A model generated the notes under the pieces. That model saw only the letters and a list, made by a program, of their open reading frames with translations, was not told where the DNA came from and searched no databases. Shown here piece after piece: positions 37,001-46,552 of a stretch of 64,000 nt of DNA; position 1 is the stretch's first letter; the number at the start of each line of letters is the position of its first letter. The translations under genes and the position numbers were made by a program. Origin of the DNA: Chiloscyllium plagiosum (taxonomy: Eukaryota); assembly GCF_004010195.1 (NCBI RefSeq), contig NC_057719.1, forward strand, positions 50,076,302-50,140,301, given 5' to 3'.

Positions 37001-39053
37001 TGGGGGTTTTAATGTCCAGTATCAGGAGTGGCTCAGTAATACCACTACTGACCAAGATCCCTATGTCCCAGAGGTCATAGCTACTAGACTGGGAATGCAG
37101 CTGACAGTAAGTAAAATGTCTGCGCGACTTTGTTCTCATAAGTCTACCTATAGTAGGTGCATTTGTCCATGATTGTATTGGTAGCAGTGACCATTGAGAT
37201 GGAGTCCCACCTCAGTTTGAGGCTAGCCTACATTGTGTCATTTGACATGACAACCATGCCAAATGAGAGTTTTGAACAGATGTTTTGAACAGTAGGCACT
37301 GTGATCCTTTAGCAACAGCATCAGAATTGTATTCGATTAGAATCTGTAACTTCATGGTCTGACTTATTCCCCACTCTGCCATTATCATCACACCAGGAGA
37401 TCAACCCTGGTTTAATGGAGTGCAGGAGAGTAGAACCAGGCATACCTAAAAATGAACTGTCAACCATGGCTGCAACACAGGGCTACTTGCATGTCAAACA
37501 ACCTCAGCAGCATGTGTTAGATAACCACAAGTGATCCCACAAACAATAGAGCAGATTTAAGATCTGCAATCCTGCCACATCCAGTTGCAAACGGTAGTGG
37601 ATAAGTAAAACAACTCAGTGTTGAAGAGTCTCCAGAAATACCTCTACCCTCAATAATAGGAAGTTCAGCATATTAGTGAAAAAGGCAATGTTGAAGATTT
37701 ACAAGTCAAAAGTGTGGTAAATCTCAAACTCCACCTGAGGACCCAGCATTACGATGCCAGGTTTCAGCCAATGGATCTTACTCCACACGATATCAAGAAA
37801 TGGCTGCAGACCCTGGATACTGCAAAGACTATGGCCCCTAACAACATTTTGTCCATAATCCTGAAGATTGGTGTTCATGAATAAGCCATGTCCCTAGCCA
37901 AGTTGTTCTAGTACAGTTATGTATGACATCTACCTGACAATATGGAAAATTGGCAGATTACCACTGTTGATAATACATACCATCATTTTGCTGATGACTG
38001 ACAGGATACTGAATGGCAGTAATCACTTAGGTTGGATATGTCCTGACTTGATTTGTACCATGACCTGCTCTCCCCCACCCTTGAAGTCTAGTTAAGTTTC
38101 AAGTTTTAAATGAAAATCTTATCCTTATTTTCACATTCTTCCATGGCCTTGCCATTCCCTATCCTTAATATTCTCCAGCCCTCTGATTATTTGAAGCAGT
38201 TACACTCCTCTAACTCTGGCCTTTTAAGCAGCAATACTTTGATCAGTCTACCAATATTGTTTGTGCTGTCAAAGGTTAGGACCTAGGCGGTTGTGATTTG
38301 CAACTGAAACCTTTCTGCACCTCTACCTTACTTGTCCTTAAGCCTCTCATTAAAGCATAGCCAAAAGCTTGGTCAAGAGAAAAATGTCCAACTTGCATTT
38401 ATATAATATTCAATAAAACATTCCAGGGCGCAAAACAGTGTGACTCAGCCACGTGTGATATTAGGCAAATAATCTCTTTTTGTTAAAGTATCAAACTGCT
38501 TTATTATATTCATTTAAGCTATACTTAGTTAAGAGTGCTTTATAAATAGTTATTATATATAACTGCCATAGACTTCCTTCTATATTGTGAAATTCAGTGG
38601 TATAATTTGTTATTTATTATTCAATACTCAATTTTTTAATGCATAAATCATTCATAACCTTCTACATCTTTGAATATTGTATTGACTGATACTGTAGGTA
38701 AGTATATTGGCAGTCAGCATGAAAAATTGTGAACTATTCATAGTTTTCAAATTGTTTTCTTCTGCTCTGTTCAGTAGCATCAAACATATTTATTACATAT
38801 AACATGGAATAATATTTGCTACACGTTGGATAGTTTATTTTAATCTAAATGGTACTTTTACTTATTTTTAGGGGCCATTTTTGGTGCTCTGCAGGACATT
38901 TTGGGTAGTCGTTCAGTCTCCAAAGAATATTACAACCAGACAGGTCGCATTCCTGATTGGTGCTGCCTGAGTAACCCACCCTTAGAAATGATGTATGAAA
39001 CGAGTAAAGCACCACCTCCATTGATGAAGAGAGCATATTCCACAGAGAAGTAG
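15943..39053 (+). CDS. ACTR10: Actin-related protein 10 (dynactin Arp11 subunit), complete 13-exon CDS: 15943-16019, 22037-22109, 24535-24617, 25717-25825, 26438-26545, 27679-27746, 27855-27934, 28279-28314, 28820-28899, 28980-29053, 33782-33863, 34633-34834, 38872-39053 (1254 nt, 417 aa)
   Basis: Manually spliced translation [41 protein letters not shown]...[36 protein letters not shown] matches vertebrate ACTR10 as I recall it along its whole length. All introns are GT-AG, phases are consistent and there are no stops. Confidence 0.97.
16136..16335. mobile_element. Older fold-back element of the same architecture in ACTR10 intron 1
   Basis: Imperfect inverted arms around degenerate core CCGAAGAA-CGGTCA-CT-TGACTC-GAAATGCTA (~16218-16249); TSD-like GACCTGTATCT / GACCTGTTTCT (16125-16135 / 16336-16346). 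Confidence 0.65.
17046..17667 (-). mobile_element. Solo-LTR-like element inserted in a CR1 remnant (16780-17045)
   Basis: Termini TGTTATGGAC...TGTGACA; the reverse complement ends GTCCATAACA like the LTRs at 9312 and 44452. Confidence 0.65.
18600..19320 (+). mobile_element. CR1 LINE 3' RT fragment
   Basis: ORF 18648..18836 [17 protein letters not shown]...EQRDLGV. Confidence 0.9.
21480..21960 (-). mobile_element. Degenerate Penelope-like fragment
   Basis: Decayed GIY-YIG-region sequence (YIGE...FAEH...HF...EAQ.LI) across ORFs 21569..21959. Confidence 0.5.
22037..22109 (+). CDS. ACTR10: ACTR10 exon 2
   Basis: [24 protein letters not shown]; ttctag| ... |gtaagc. Confidence 0.95.
23090..23500 (-). 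mobile_element. Degenerate L2-like LINE fragment
   Basis: Decayed RT C-terminal-like sequence ([15 protein letters not shown]...[12 protein letters not shown]). Confidence 0.45.
24535..24617 (+). CDS. ACTR10: ACTR10 exon 3
   Basis: [28 protein letters not shown]; tttcag| ... |gtattg. Confidence 0.95.
25717..25825 (+). CDS. ACTR10: ACTR10 exon 4
   Basis: [36 protein letters not shown]; caacag| ... |gtatgg. Confidence 0.95.
26438..26545 (+). CDS. ACTR10: ACTR10 exon 5
   Basis: [36 protein letters not shown]; followed by U12 donor GTATCCTTTT. Confidence 0.95.
26546..27678 (+). other. ACTR10: U12-type (minor spliceosome) GT-AG intron 5 of ACTR10
   Basis: The 5' end GTATCCTTTT is the U12 donor consensus. 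Branch-like ACCTTAGC/GCTTAAC (27658-27670) lies 8-20 nt before the AG, with no typical polypyrimidine tract. Confidence 0.9.
27679..27746 (+). CDS. ACTR10: ACTR10 exon 6
   Basis: [22 protein letters not shown]; ttaacag| ... |gtaagg. Confidence 0.95.
27855..27934 (+). CDS. ACTR10: ACTR10 exon 7
   Basis: [26 protein letters not shown]; ctgaag| ... |gtaagg. Confidence 0.93.
28279..28314 (+). CDS. ACTR10: ACTR10 exon 8 (36 nt)
   Basis: [12 protein letters not shown]; aaatag| ... |gtaaga. Confidence 0.92.
28820..28899 (+). CDS. ACTR10: ACTR10 exon 9
   Basis: [26 protein letters not shown]; tttcag| ... |gtcagc. Confidence 0.95.
28980..29053 (+). CDS. ACTR10: ACTR10 exon 10
   Basis: [25 protein letters not shown]; ttgtag| ... 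|gttgga; preceded by an 80-nt intron. Confidence 0.93.
29141..31351. mobile_element. Inverted two-part Penelope-like element insertion in ACTR10 intron 10 (29141-~30397 minus; ~30398-31351 plus)
   Basis: RT motifs [22 protein letters not shown]...YINDCI (ORF 29977..30366); GIY-YIG region remnants on both halves; pLTR at both outer ends; TSD TGATGAAGGGGTA / TGATGAAGCGGTA (29128-29140 / 31352-31364). Confidence 0.85.
31460..31708 (+). mobile_element. Short Penelope-derived insertion: ORF N-terminal piece fused to pLTR
   Basis: Encodes [36 protein letters not shown] (H..FL..C.....IP.GL motif typical of PLE N-termini); 16-bp TSD AAATATTCATTTGTTA (31444-31459 / 31709-31724). Confidence 0.8.
31620..31647 (+). 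ncRNA. Minimal type-I hammerhead ribozyme motif, sense to ACTR10 pre-mRNA
   Basis: CUGAUGA-A-GGGC(UUUU)GCCC-GAA-ACGU-C; stem I is weak (2 bp adjacent to the core). Confidence 0.65.
31812..31985. mobile_element. Tc1/mariner (Tigger-like) MITE
   Basis: TIRs CAGAATAACCTTGATTATCC / GGATAACCGAGGTTGTTCTG, TA at both flanks. Confidence 0.75.
32310..32640 (+). mobile_element. CR1 3' fragment (second subfamily) inserted in a SINE
   Basis: GAGGAACTTCTTCACCCAGAGG...TGGCCTACTCC.GCTCCTAT tail. Confidence 0.7.
32837..33007 (-). mobile_element. HE1 SINE 3' half
   Basis: (GATTA)n followed by reverse-complement HE1 tail. Confidence 0.8.
33782..33863 (+). CDS. ACTR10: ACTR10 exon 11
   Basis: [27 protein letters not shown]; ttgcag| ... 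|gtaaga. Confidence 0.95.
34633..34834 (+). CDS. ACTR10: ACTR10 exon 12
   Basis: [67 protein letters not shown]; overlaps ORF 34693..34920. Confidence 0.96.
35295..35630 (+). mobile_element. CR1 3' fragment
   Basis: Same family as 47950-48400. Confidence 0.85.
36385..38040 (+). mobile_element. Degenerate EN-RT non-LTR retrotransposon with tRNA-like 5' head
   Basis: Decayed endonuclease/RT-like sequence. The 5' segment resembles the SINE head at ~42510-42600. A minus-strand relative is at ~53480-54660. Confidence 0.5.
38872..39053 (+). CDS. ACTR10: ACTR10 exon 13 (coding part, stop TAG 39051-39053)
   Basis: [60 protein letters not shown]. Confidence 0.96.
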
Positions 39054-39439
39054 AGATAACATTGATGTACTGAGACAAGTGACTCTAAAAGTAACAATTA
39101 TTTATCTAGCAAGTATGTTTTTCACTCCTTTCCAAAATTATGTTGCTTAAACTTTCTGTATGTTCTTGTTCTTGTTGTTAAATCTACTTGAACACTAGTT
39201 AGAGAAAGAATGATAGGTGTTCTAAAAGCTTTCAACTTCAACATTGCATGTTTTCCATAAAGCATTGTACAGTCTGAACTCTGAAGTAAAGATATAGCAT
39301 TAAATTCTTAACATACCTATTGCTGATGATGGATTTTCCCAACAACTAACAGTCGGTTCTGAAGGTTTATTATTGCAAGTGTTTGGAAAGAAATGTATCC
39401 TAAGTACATGAGTGTATATTTTAGTCCAAAGTTTACAGT

Positions 39440-39599
39440 AATAAAAGTTATTGAAGTCCCATTATGTTTTACAATAAAGCATAATTATGCTATATTGTAG
39501 TTAAGTTTTCTGCATTTTCTTTTGCCAGAATATGTTTATTGTATGTAGTACCAATGCTATTTTGGATAAACCACATTTTGAATTGATTCATCCAATAAA
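39440..39599 (+). terminator. Candidate ACTR10 polyadenylation signals
   Basis: AATAAA at 39440, 39473 and 39594, about 390-540 nt after the stop and just before RTE-derived sequence starts. Confidence 0.6.
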
Positions 39600-39679
39600 A
39601 CATGCAATTACAAGTCCTTTCAGAACATATTTTGTACTTACAATACAGCTCTGCACTCCTTTGTACAGGAAACAAAATC

Positions 39680-42100
39680 AGAGGAGTGCTGACTGGGTGG
39701 AGACTCACTGGACTAAAATGATGTTAGTTAACACAATTAAGAGGCCAGCTTTCATGAATCACCAGCAAACAAAACCAACATGTTCTTCAAAAGCTACCAG
39801 GAACACGTCTTGGCAGATTGCTCAGCACAGCACCAATGAATACTTGTTTAAATTCTGCAACAGCATTCTGCAAGATTACAAAATCCAAGGAGCCTGAAAG
39901 GATATATGAAAGAATTAAGAAAGCGATAGGCCTAGGAACAACCAAATCAGCTGCTCTGAAGACAAAGGACAAGAATGATTAAGATTGAAACTAGCAGTCA
40001 GTTGAAAAGTAGGTGCTCAAACTGCATTAAGCTGTATGCAATGGAGAAGATTACTGAGGAAGCCATCAATGCCATTACAGACTTGCCTGTCATGGAGGAG
40101 CTGGATAATGAATCCACCATAATATGACTGAACAAGGCTAGTGAACATCTCATGGATGATAAAGCCCCAGGAGGTGATGCATTCCACTTCTAATTAGCAA
40201 AAGTGGAAAATGGCACTCCTGCAACGTGTTCATAAACTACTGAGTGCCAGGAAAGGACAAGAAGTTCCTCAAGATGTGTAATGGAAACAGTCACCATGTA
40301 CAAAAAAATGGGGAACCAGAGACTGACTCTAGCAATTACTGAGACAGTTGCTTACTCAGTGGGAAAGGTCTGATTTGTATTGCTGTAACCAGCTTGCAAA
40401 CATTTTGAGTCTGTGTGGCTCAATGCCCCCACAGTATTTCTGCAACTGAAGTGAGAAAACTATGAAAATCGCAATGCCTTTATATATTTCACTAAGTTTT
40501 TAATCTCTAAAGAAATGGACTTTTCAAACCGCTGTGGAAAATTGCCCTCCTGGACTTATGGGGATTATTTTCTTTCTGTAAGAACATGCATGGTTCTATC
40601 CGTGCAATTGAGCAATATTACATGCTATCCAGATCAGAATTGCCAGTCCATCCTGGCATCAACTTTCCTGGAAGATTATTCTCTCCTGCTATTGTGCATT
40701 ACTGTTGACAAATGACGGTGTCCACTTGCTTGCCAGGACTTACAGCAGGTTGTTCAATTGGCAAGATTGTACACCACAACTAAAGTATGTATTGACTTTA
40801 ACAAAGCAAAGTAATGAATACAGGAAATCTGAAATATGAAAGTCATATTTGACGCAAAACATTAACTCATGTTTTTGTCTCCATTGAAGCTGTCAGACCT
40901 GCTGAGTTTCTCCTGTGTTTTCTCTTTTTATTACCAGTATCTACAATGTTTTGCTTTGATTTGCATAAAGTCCAAATCTGGGAATTGCTGGAGTTTGATG
41001 TCACATGTGAAGATTGGCTCTTAAGGGACTACAATGATTAGATGAGATTAGATTACAGTGTGGAAACAGGCCCTTCGGCCCAACAAGTCCACACCGACCC
41101 GCCGAAGCGCAACCCACCCATACCCCTACATTTACCCCTTACCTAACACTATGGATAATTTAGCATGGCCAATTCACCTGGCCCTGCACATCTTTGGACA
41201 GTGGGAGGAAACCGGAGCACCCGGAGGAAACCACGCAGACACGGGGAGAACGTGCAAACTCCACACAGTCAGTCGCCTGAGGCGGGAATTGAACCCGGGT
41301 CTCAGGCGCTGCGAGGCAGCAGTGCTAACCACTGTGCCACCGTGCCGCCAATGAGTTGGGGCTGACAGTCAGTTAGGAAGATACAGGTTATCAACTAGGA
41401 TATAGAAACTCCAGCTCTCATCAACATCAATTATCTCACTCTGGAAATCATTTGGAAATCATCTACCTTGTTCACTATTGTTGATCCAATCTGTTCCTTG
41501 ATGTTGAAATTATTCTGTTGAAAGTTGAGAAAGTGCATTTGTCAATAACAAAGGAACAGAAAATATAAAGTTCCACAAATACCAGACCCATGTCTCAGCA
41601 TCAGTGGTAGAGCAAGTCAAGAAAAGTGAAATGCAGCATTTGACTATGCCTCATAACTTCTGGGCCATCAGTAAACCAGTATGTAGGGAACCCTTGTTTT
41701 TTTTTTGTCCTCTTGAGTCAATAATTACTCCACTGGATTATCAATGTTGAATAGATGATGGTGCATTTGCAAAGGTATAGTTGATAGGGACTTGTAGGTC
41801 ACCCATTCTTCAATACAAGGATGTTTGAAAATGATACTTCAAGTAGAACAGATAAAGTCAGTACATGAGAAGTCCTTGCTGATGACTTGTGTTTGGAACC
41901 AAGTAGTCAGAAAAGGTGGAAAATGACTGCTATTAAAAGAAACAACCAGATGACAGAAGCCGATGAAAGGAAAAAGCATCAGTTGACCATAGGCCACTGT
42001 TATTCATGTGTTCCAGTTATGGAAAGTTAGTGCTGCTACAAATCTGGATCTGCAACCATAACATACCATGTTCAATCTAGAAGTGACATAAGCCCTGAGC
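39680..42100 (+). mobile_element. Degenerate RTE-clade LINE, interrupted by HE1 SINE
   Basis: QIAQHSTNEY..., KAPGGD, EVPQD, YKK.G...DSSNY remnants. Confidence 0.6.
41038..41349 (-). mobile_element. HE1 SINE (young, CpG-rich, full length)
   Basis: Reverse-complement head ...CACTGTGCCACCGTGCCGCC; short TSD CAATGA. Confidence 0.92.
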
Positions 42101-42112
42101 ACAGACCAGTTT

Positions 42113-43258
42113 CTTGAAATGAATAGATGTCCACTACCAAAACTAGTTTCAAAAGGATTGTCAGAATATATTTTGGTGCATATATTGGAGTGCCAAGATT
42201 GTGCAGATATTTCTTAATGAAGCCAACATTTCAGAAAGGCTGCATTTTTAAAAAATCATGGTATATAAGTCCATTCAACCCTAATAGTTTTGACATTAAC
42301 CATAGACCTAAAGATGCGCCTTAGTATATAACTTGACATCCAGTTTTGGGAGATAGTGACATCATGGGCCCTAATAATGCTGTACGGGGCTACTATGGTC
42401 AGGCCAGGTGGCTGGGACCTCGGTACAAGGCAGGGGAGTGGTGGTGAGGGCCAGGAGCAGCATGATGCCCTGTGATTTCTATCACTGTGCATGGCATTAA
42501 ATGGCAAAGCCACTAGATGAACAATCCAGCAGCGTAGTGCTCTGGAGGCATGGGTTCAAATGCCACCATGGTAGATTTAGTAGATTTTAAATTCAATTAA
42601 TCTAGAACATTAAACTTGTCTCACTATGGGATCTTGTGGCACAGTAGTAGAGTCTCTATCTCTGAGCCAGAAGACCAACTGGAACTTGAACTCTGGTCTT
42701 CTAGCTCAGAGATAGAGACTCTACTACTGTGCCACAAGATCCCATAGTGAGACAAGTTTAATGTTCTAGATTAATTGAATTTAAAATCTACTAAATCTAC
42801 CATGGTGGCATTTGAACCCATGCCTCCAGAGCACTACGCTGCTGGATTGTTCATCTAGTGGCTTTGCCATTTAATGCCATGCACAGTGATAGAAATCACA
42901 GGGCATCATGCTGCTCCTGGCCCTCACCACCACTCCCCTGCCTTGTACCGAGGTCCCAGCCACCTGGCCTGACCATAGTAGCCCCGTACAGCATTATTAG
43001 GGCCCATGATGTCACTATCTCCCAAAACTGGATGTCAAGTTATATACTAAGGTGCATCTTTAGGTCTATGGTTAATGTCAAAACTATTAGGGTTGAATGG
43101 ACTTATATACCATGATTTTTTAAAAATGCAGCCTTTCTGAAATGTTGGCTTCATTAAGAAATATCTGCACAATCTTGGCACTCCAATATATGCACCAAAA
43201 TATATTCTGACAATCCTTTTGAAACTAGTTTTGGTGGTGGACATCTATTCATTTCAAG
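42113..43258. repeat. Long near-perfect inverted repeat (565-bp arms, 16-nt spacer)
   Basis: 42113-42677 is the reverse complement of 42694-43258; mirrored ORFs 42127..42324(+)/43047..43244(-) and 42256..42513(-)/42858..43115(+); 3 mismatches seen. Confidence 0.97.
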
Positions 43259-44451
43259 TGAGACAAGTTTAAGTTCCAATTGCTCCAGGGGAATGTAATA
43301 ATATCTGAGCAGGTTGATTTTTGTTTTAAAATACTAAAGCTAATCTCTAATAGTCATTCTGCTAACTCTAATAGTTGTATATGTCCATTTGGTTCACTCA
43401 TGTCCTTTAGAGAAATCTGATATCCTTACCTGGTCTGTGTTATGAATAATTTAATCTATTTGATTCCAAACCCACAGCCCTCTAATAGGGTCGACCCTTA
43501 ACTGCTCTTTGAAATATCTAGGAAACCACTCTGTTCAAAGGCAAAGGTTATGGATCTTGCCAATGTTCCATTGAAGAATGAAGAAACAAACACCTTGATA
43601 AATGGATGTTTTAGACTATACTCACATTGAGTTGGCATAAGGTTTTCAGTTTAGAAATATATGTTTAGGATTATCCTTATCTTAAATTAAGTGTATGGAA
43701 ACAAGCAGTTGCTATGGACCATGCTGCTATAGACATGTGTGGGAGTTTTAAACCTACGGATACAGAGCAGCCGAACAATTGACAATTATGGATCCTCCTG
43801 CATAAAAAATGAAGCATGGCTGGTTTCTGGTTAAAAGTTATAACATTTGCTAATTTGTCAAATAACTGTGCTGTGGTGAGGCAATTTGGTATTGGTGCAA
43901 GAAGGGAAGAAATAAGAATCTCCCTTGAAGAAAATATCCAATATTAAATGTGTGTAAGTACACAGGTCAACCACCAATATGAGTCTGAGAAATGTGCACC
44001 CAAAAAGGGAATAATGTCATCAGAAACATAGTGTACATAAGCGCTTAAGTAAGTCAAGGAAAGATCTCAGGGCAACCACAACTTGGTGCTGTAACTTTAT
44101 AAAGCAAAAATATCCTGTTTCCAGTAAAAGACCAAGATTACTCAGAGATTACCAAAAGATCTTGATGCTAACATTACTGGGCTCCAAGGATTCATCATCA
44201 GACATCAGCAATATGGACACATTTATGAAGTGTTAGCTAATTTGATTATGCCCAGTAACTGAACATTCATCCTGTTCAAAATATGCAAAACATTTCATTC
44301 AATGGTGGAGAAGATTCTGATTTGTTGGGAAAGGATGAATATAAAACCAGAAGGGCTACATCTAATTATTACAATGATGCCATAATCAAAGTGTCTTGAT
44401 GTACTTAGTTAACCTTTTTTTGCTTCAGATTCCATAATGATGAATTTGATG

Positions 44452-45037
44452 TGTGATGATGCTGTCATTTTAACAAGGTTATTTTGTCCTTGATTGTTTG
44501 AAGAGCAGTTGTCAAGGCAGAGGTACTAAAGATTCTAGGAGTTTAACAATGGAAGGGGAGCGGCCATTTCTCCCAGTTCAAGTTTTTTCTAGTTTTTTTA
44601 ACTGTAGCAGTCACACTATATGATAGTCCAGAACAGTTGCAAGTTTCAGTAAAGGATTCCTTTGACTTTCTCTGAAATATCTCTCTGGATGTTTTTCCTT
44701 CCTGCCTGTAAGAATCTGTGTTTGAATTTACCTTTTTTTGCCAAGGAGAGTGTTTATGGGATGTAACTGTATTAGAATAGTTAATTAGTTAAGTTCCCAT
44801 ATCGGGTTGGTTAAGTTTACCAATAGTTAAGTTATTCTAAATTCCACTTCCCTAAGTTCTTGTTTTAACTAGGTGTTTAAATAAATGGTGTTTTGCTTAA
44901 AGCCGGGTGGTTGACCAGTTGCTTCACAGCTGGATCGCCCACTTCACGTCTGCCTTTAAAATAAGGAAAGGTTAGGGTCGAGACTACCTTCTTGAAATAT
45001 TTTTTGGGGGGAGGGGAGTCTAGCCTGGTCCATAACA
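44452..45037 (+). mobile_element. Solo LTR, same family as 9312-9894
   Basis: TGTGATGATGCTGTCA...GGTCCATAACA, colinear with 9312-9894; no clear TSD. Confidence 0.8.
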
Positions 45038-46423
45038 CTGTTATGATTGTGGTTCAAACTGTCTTTGTAGGACTTTACTCAAAAGAAATGTGAAAATAAA
45101 ACAGGTTTTTCAACAAGTTAGAGCTGTATGGTATTGTAGATTTCTCAGATTTTTATTTTCTGCCTTATGAGTTGTTTCAATAGTATACTATTGACAGTGC
45201 CAAACATATAGTGGATGAACTTAGTTAGGAATCCTGCTTTTACTCTAATACCGTAATTTAGAAACCCCAATTACACTCAAATATTGCTTCTGACGAGCCT
45301 CTTGCAGAGCAGTGAAACTCCAGAGGAAACTCATTCCCTTTAAATTATTAACTTACTGAGTACATTGGGTCGAGGTCTAGTGACCTATTGGCCAAACTCA
45401 TGAGGAAATTACTGATTTTCTTTTGTTGTCTTCAAAGCTTTATTAGGGAGTCCTTTTTTGGTTGATTTGTTCTTAAACATAATTTGAGGATAATTATCTT
45501 TTATAGGATGCCATAACTTAAAGTTGCATTTTACAGGGTTTTAAAAATTGGATCTATCCCTCTTTGGCCCCCTGATTTTTGTAGTATGTTTTGTTCAGTT
45601 TGAACTGATGCAAGTTTGGGTTTAATACTAAGAAGCAAGAACAGATGGGAATTCATCACTTATTTGACATACGTTTTATTAAAAAAAGTTTTCTCTACAT
45701 TGCAGTAAATATCAGAATTCATATACAAACAATTTAATATATTACAACCATATGAAAGAATTTTCACAATGGTTAACCAGGAACTGGCTCTGCAGAAATC
45801 AGGAGAGACAAATAGCACAGACCAAGAGATTCCTTGAGGCTTCTCCTAGTGAGCTGATGGATGTTTATATGTGCAAATAGGATTTCTGTTGCACTCCCAT
45901 CGGAGTGTCAGAGAAGCCCAAAGAATTTGGGCTAGCAGCTTGCTTCAGGTAGAAACTAATTAAGAGAATCTTTACTCATAAAGATCATTTTCGCAAATTA
46001 ATCTTTGTGGTCATAAGAATTTGAGTAGATAGTTTTCAAATTCAGAACTTACGCTGAGTAAAAAATCTTCATGTCTGCTGGGAGTCATTTATTGTTTTAA
46101 ATAAGACAGTGAAATTGAGTTTAATCAACTTGTATAATTTTGGGCAAAGTTCTGTACACATTTAGCACTTTCCAAACTAATGTCACAAAGATGCCAGTGT
46201 TAGAAAACAAACTGATCAGGTTTTTCTTAGCACAGATGCATCCTATTGGATTTGGAGTTTATTTGAATTGTGTTCATCATTTCACTTCAGCTTCTTGAAA
46301 AAATCACATATGTTACTATGTAAACTCTATTCAGTATTCATGCTTATTTAATCACAAAATAACTTTGCTTGTATAAAGTTTAATATTCCCTAGTTTTAAA
46401 GATGCAGAACAGTAACTGATCAT

Positions 46424-46552
46424 TTACCAATAACTCAAAATAGTTAAAATTCCTGGTGATTCAGGAGAAGCTGTAATGACCTTTGTCTGATTAATCCAGA
46501 TCTTGTGGAGGAGGGATGGATTTCTGTGGACTACATTGACTAATTTCCCATT
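46424..46552 (-). CDS. WD40 gene terminal coding exon
   Basis: cattacag|AAT GGG AAA...TAT TGG TAA; 42 codons plus stop; minus-strand AATAAA downstream at 46093-46088 and 45680-45675. Confidence 0.8.
   Translation of the reverse strand, partial: NGKLVNVVHRNPSLLHKIWINQTKVITASPESPGILTILSYW

Noticed and set aside
42127..43244. Duplicated 65-aa and 85-aa ORFs suggesting a gene pair
   Set aside because: Mirror images created by the palindrome; no coding features
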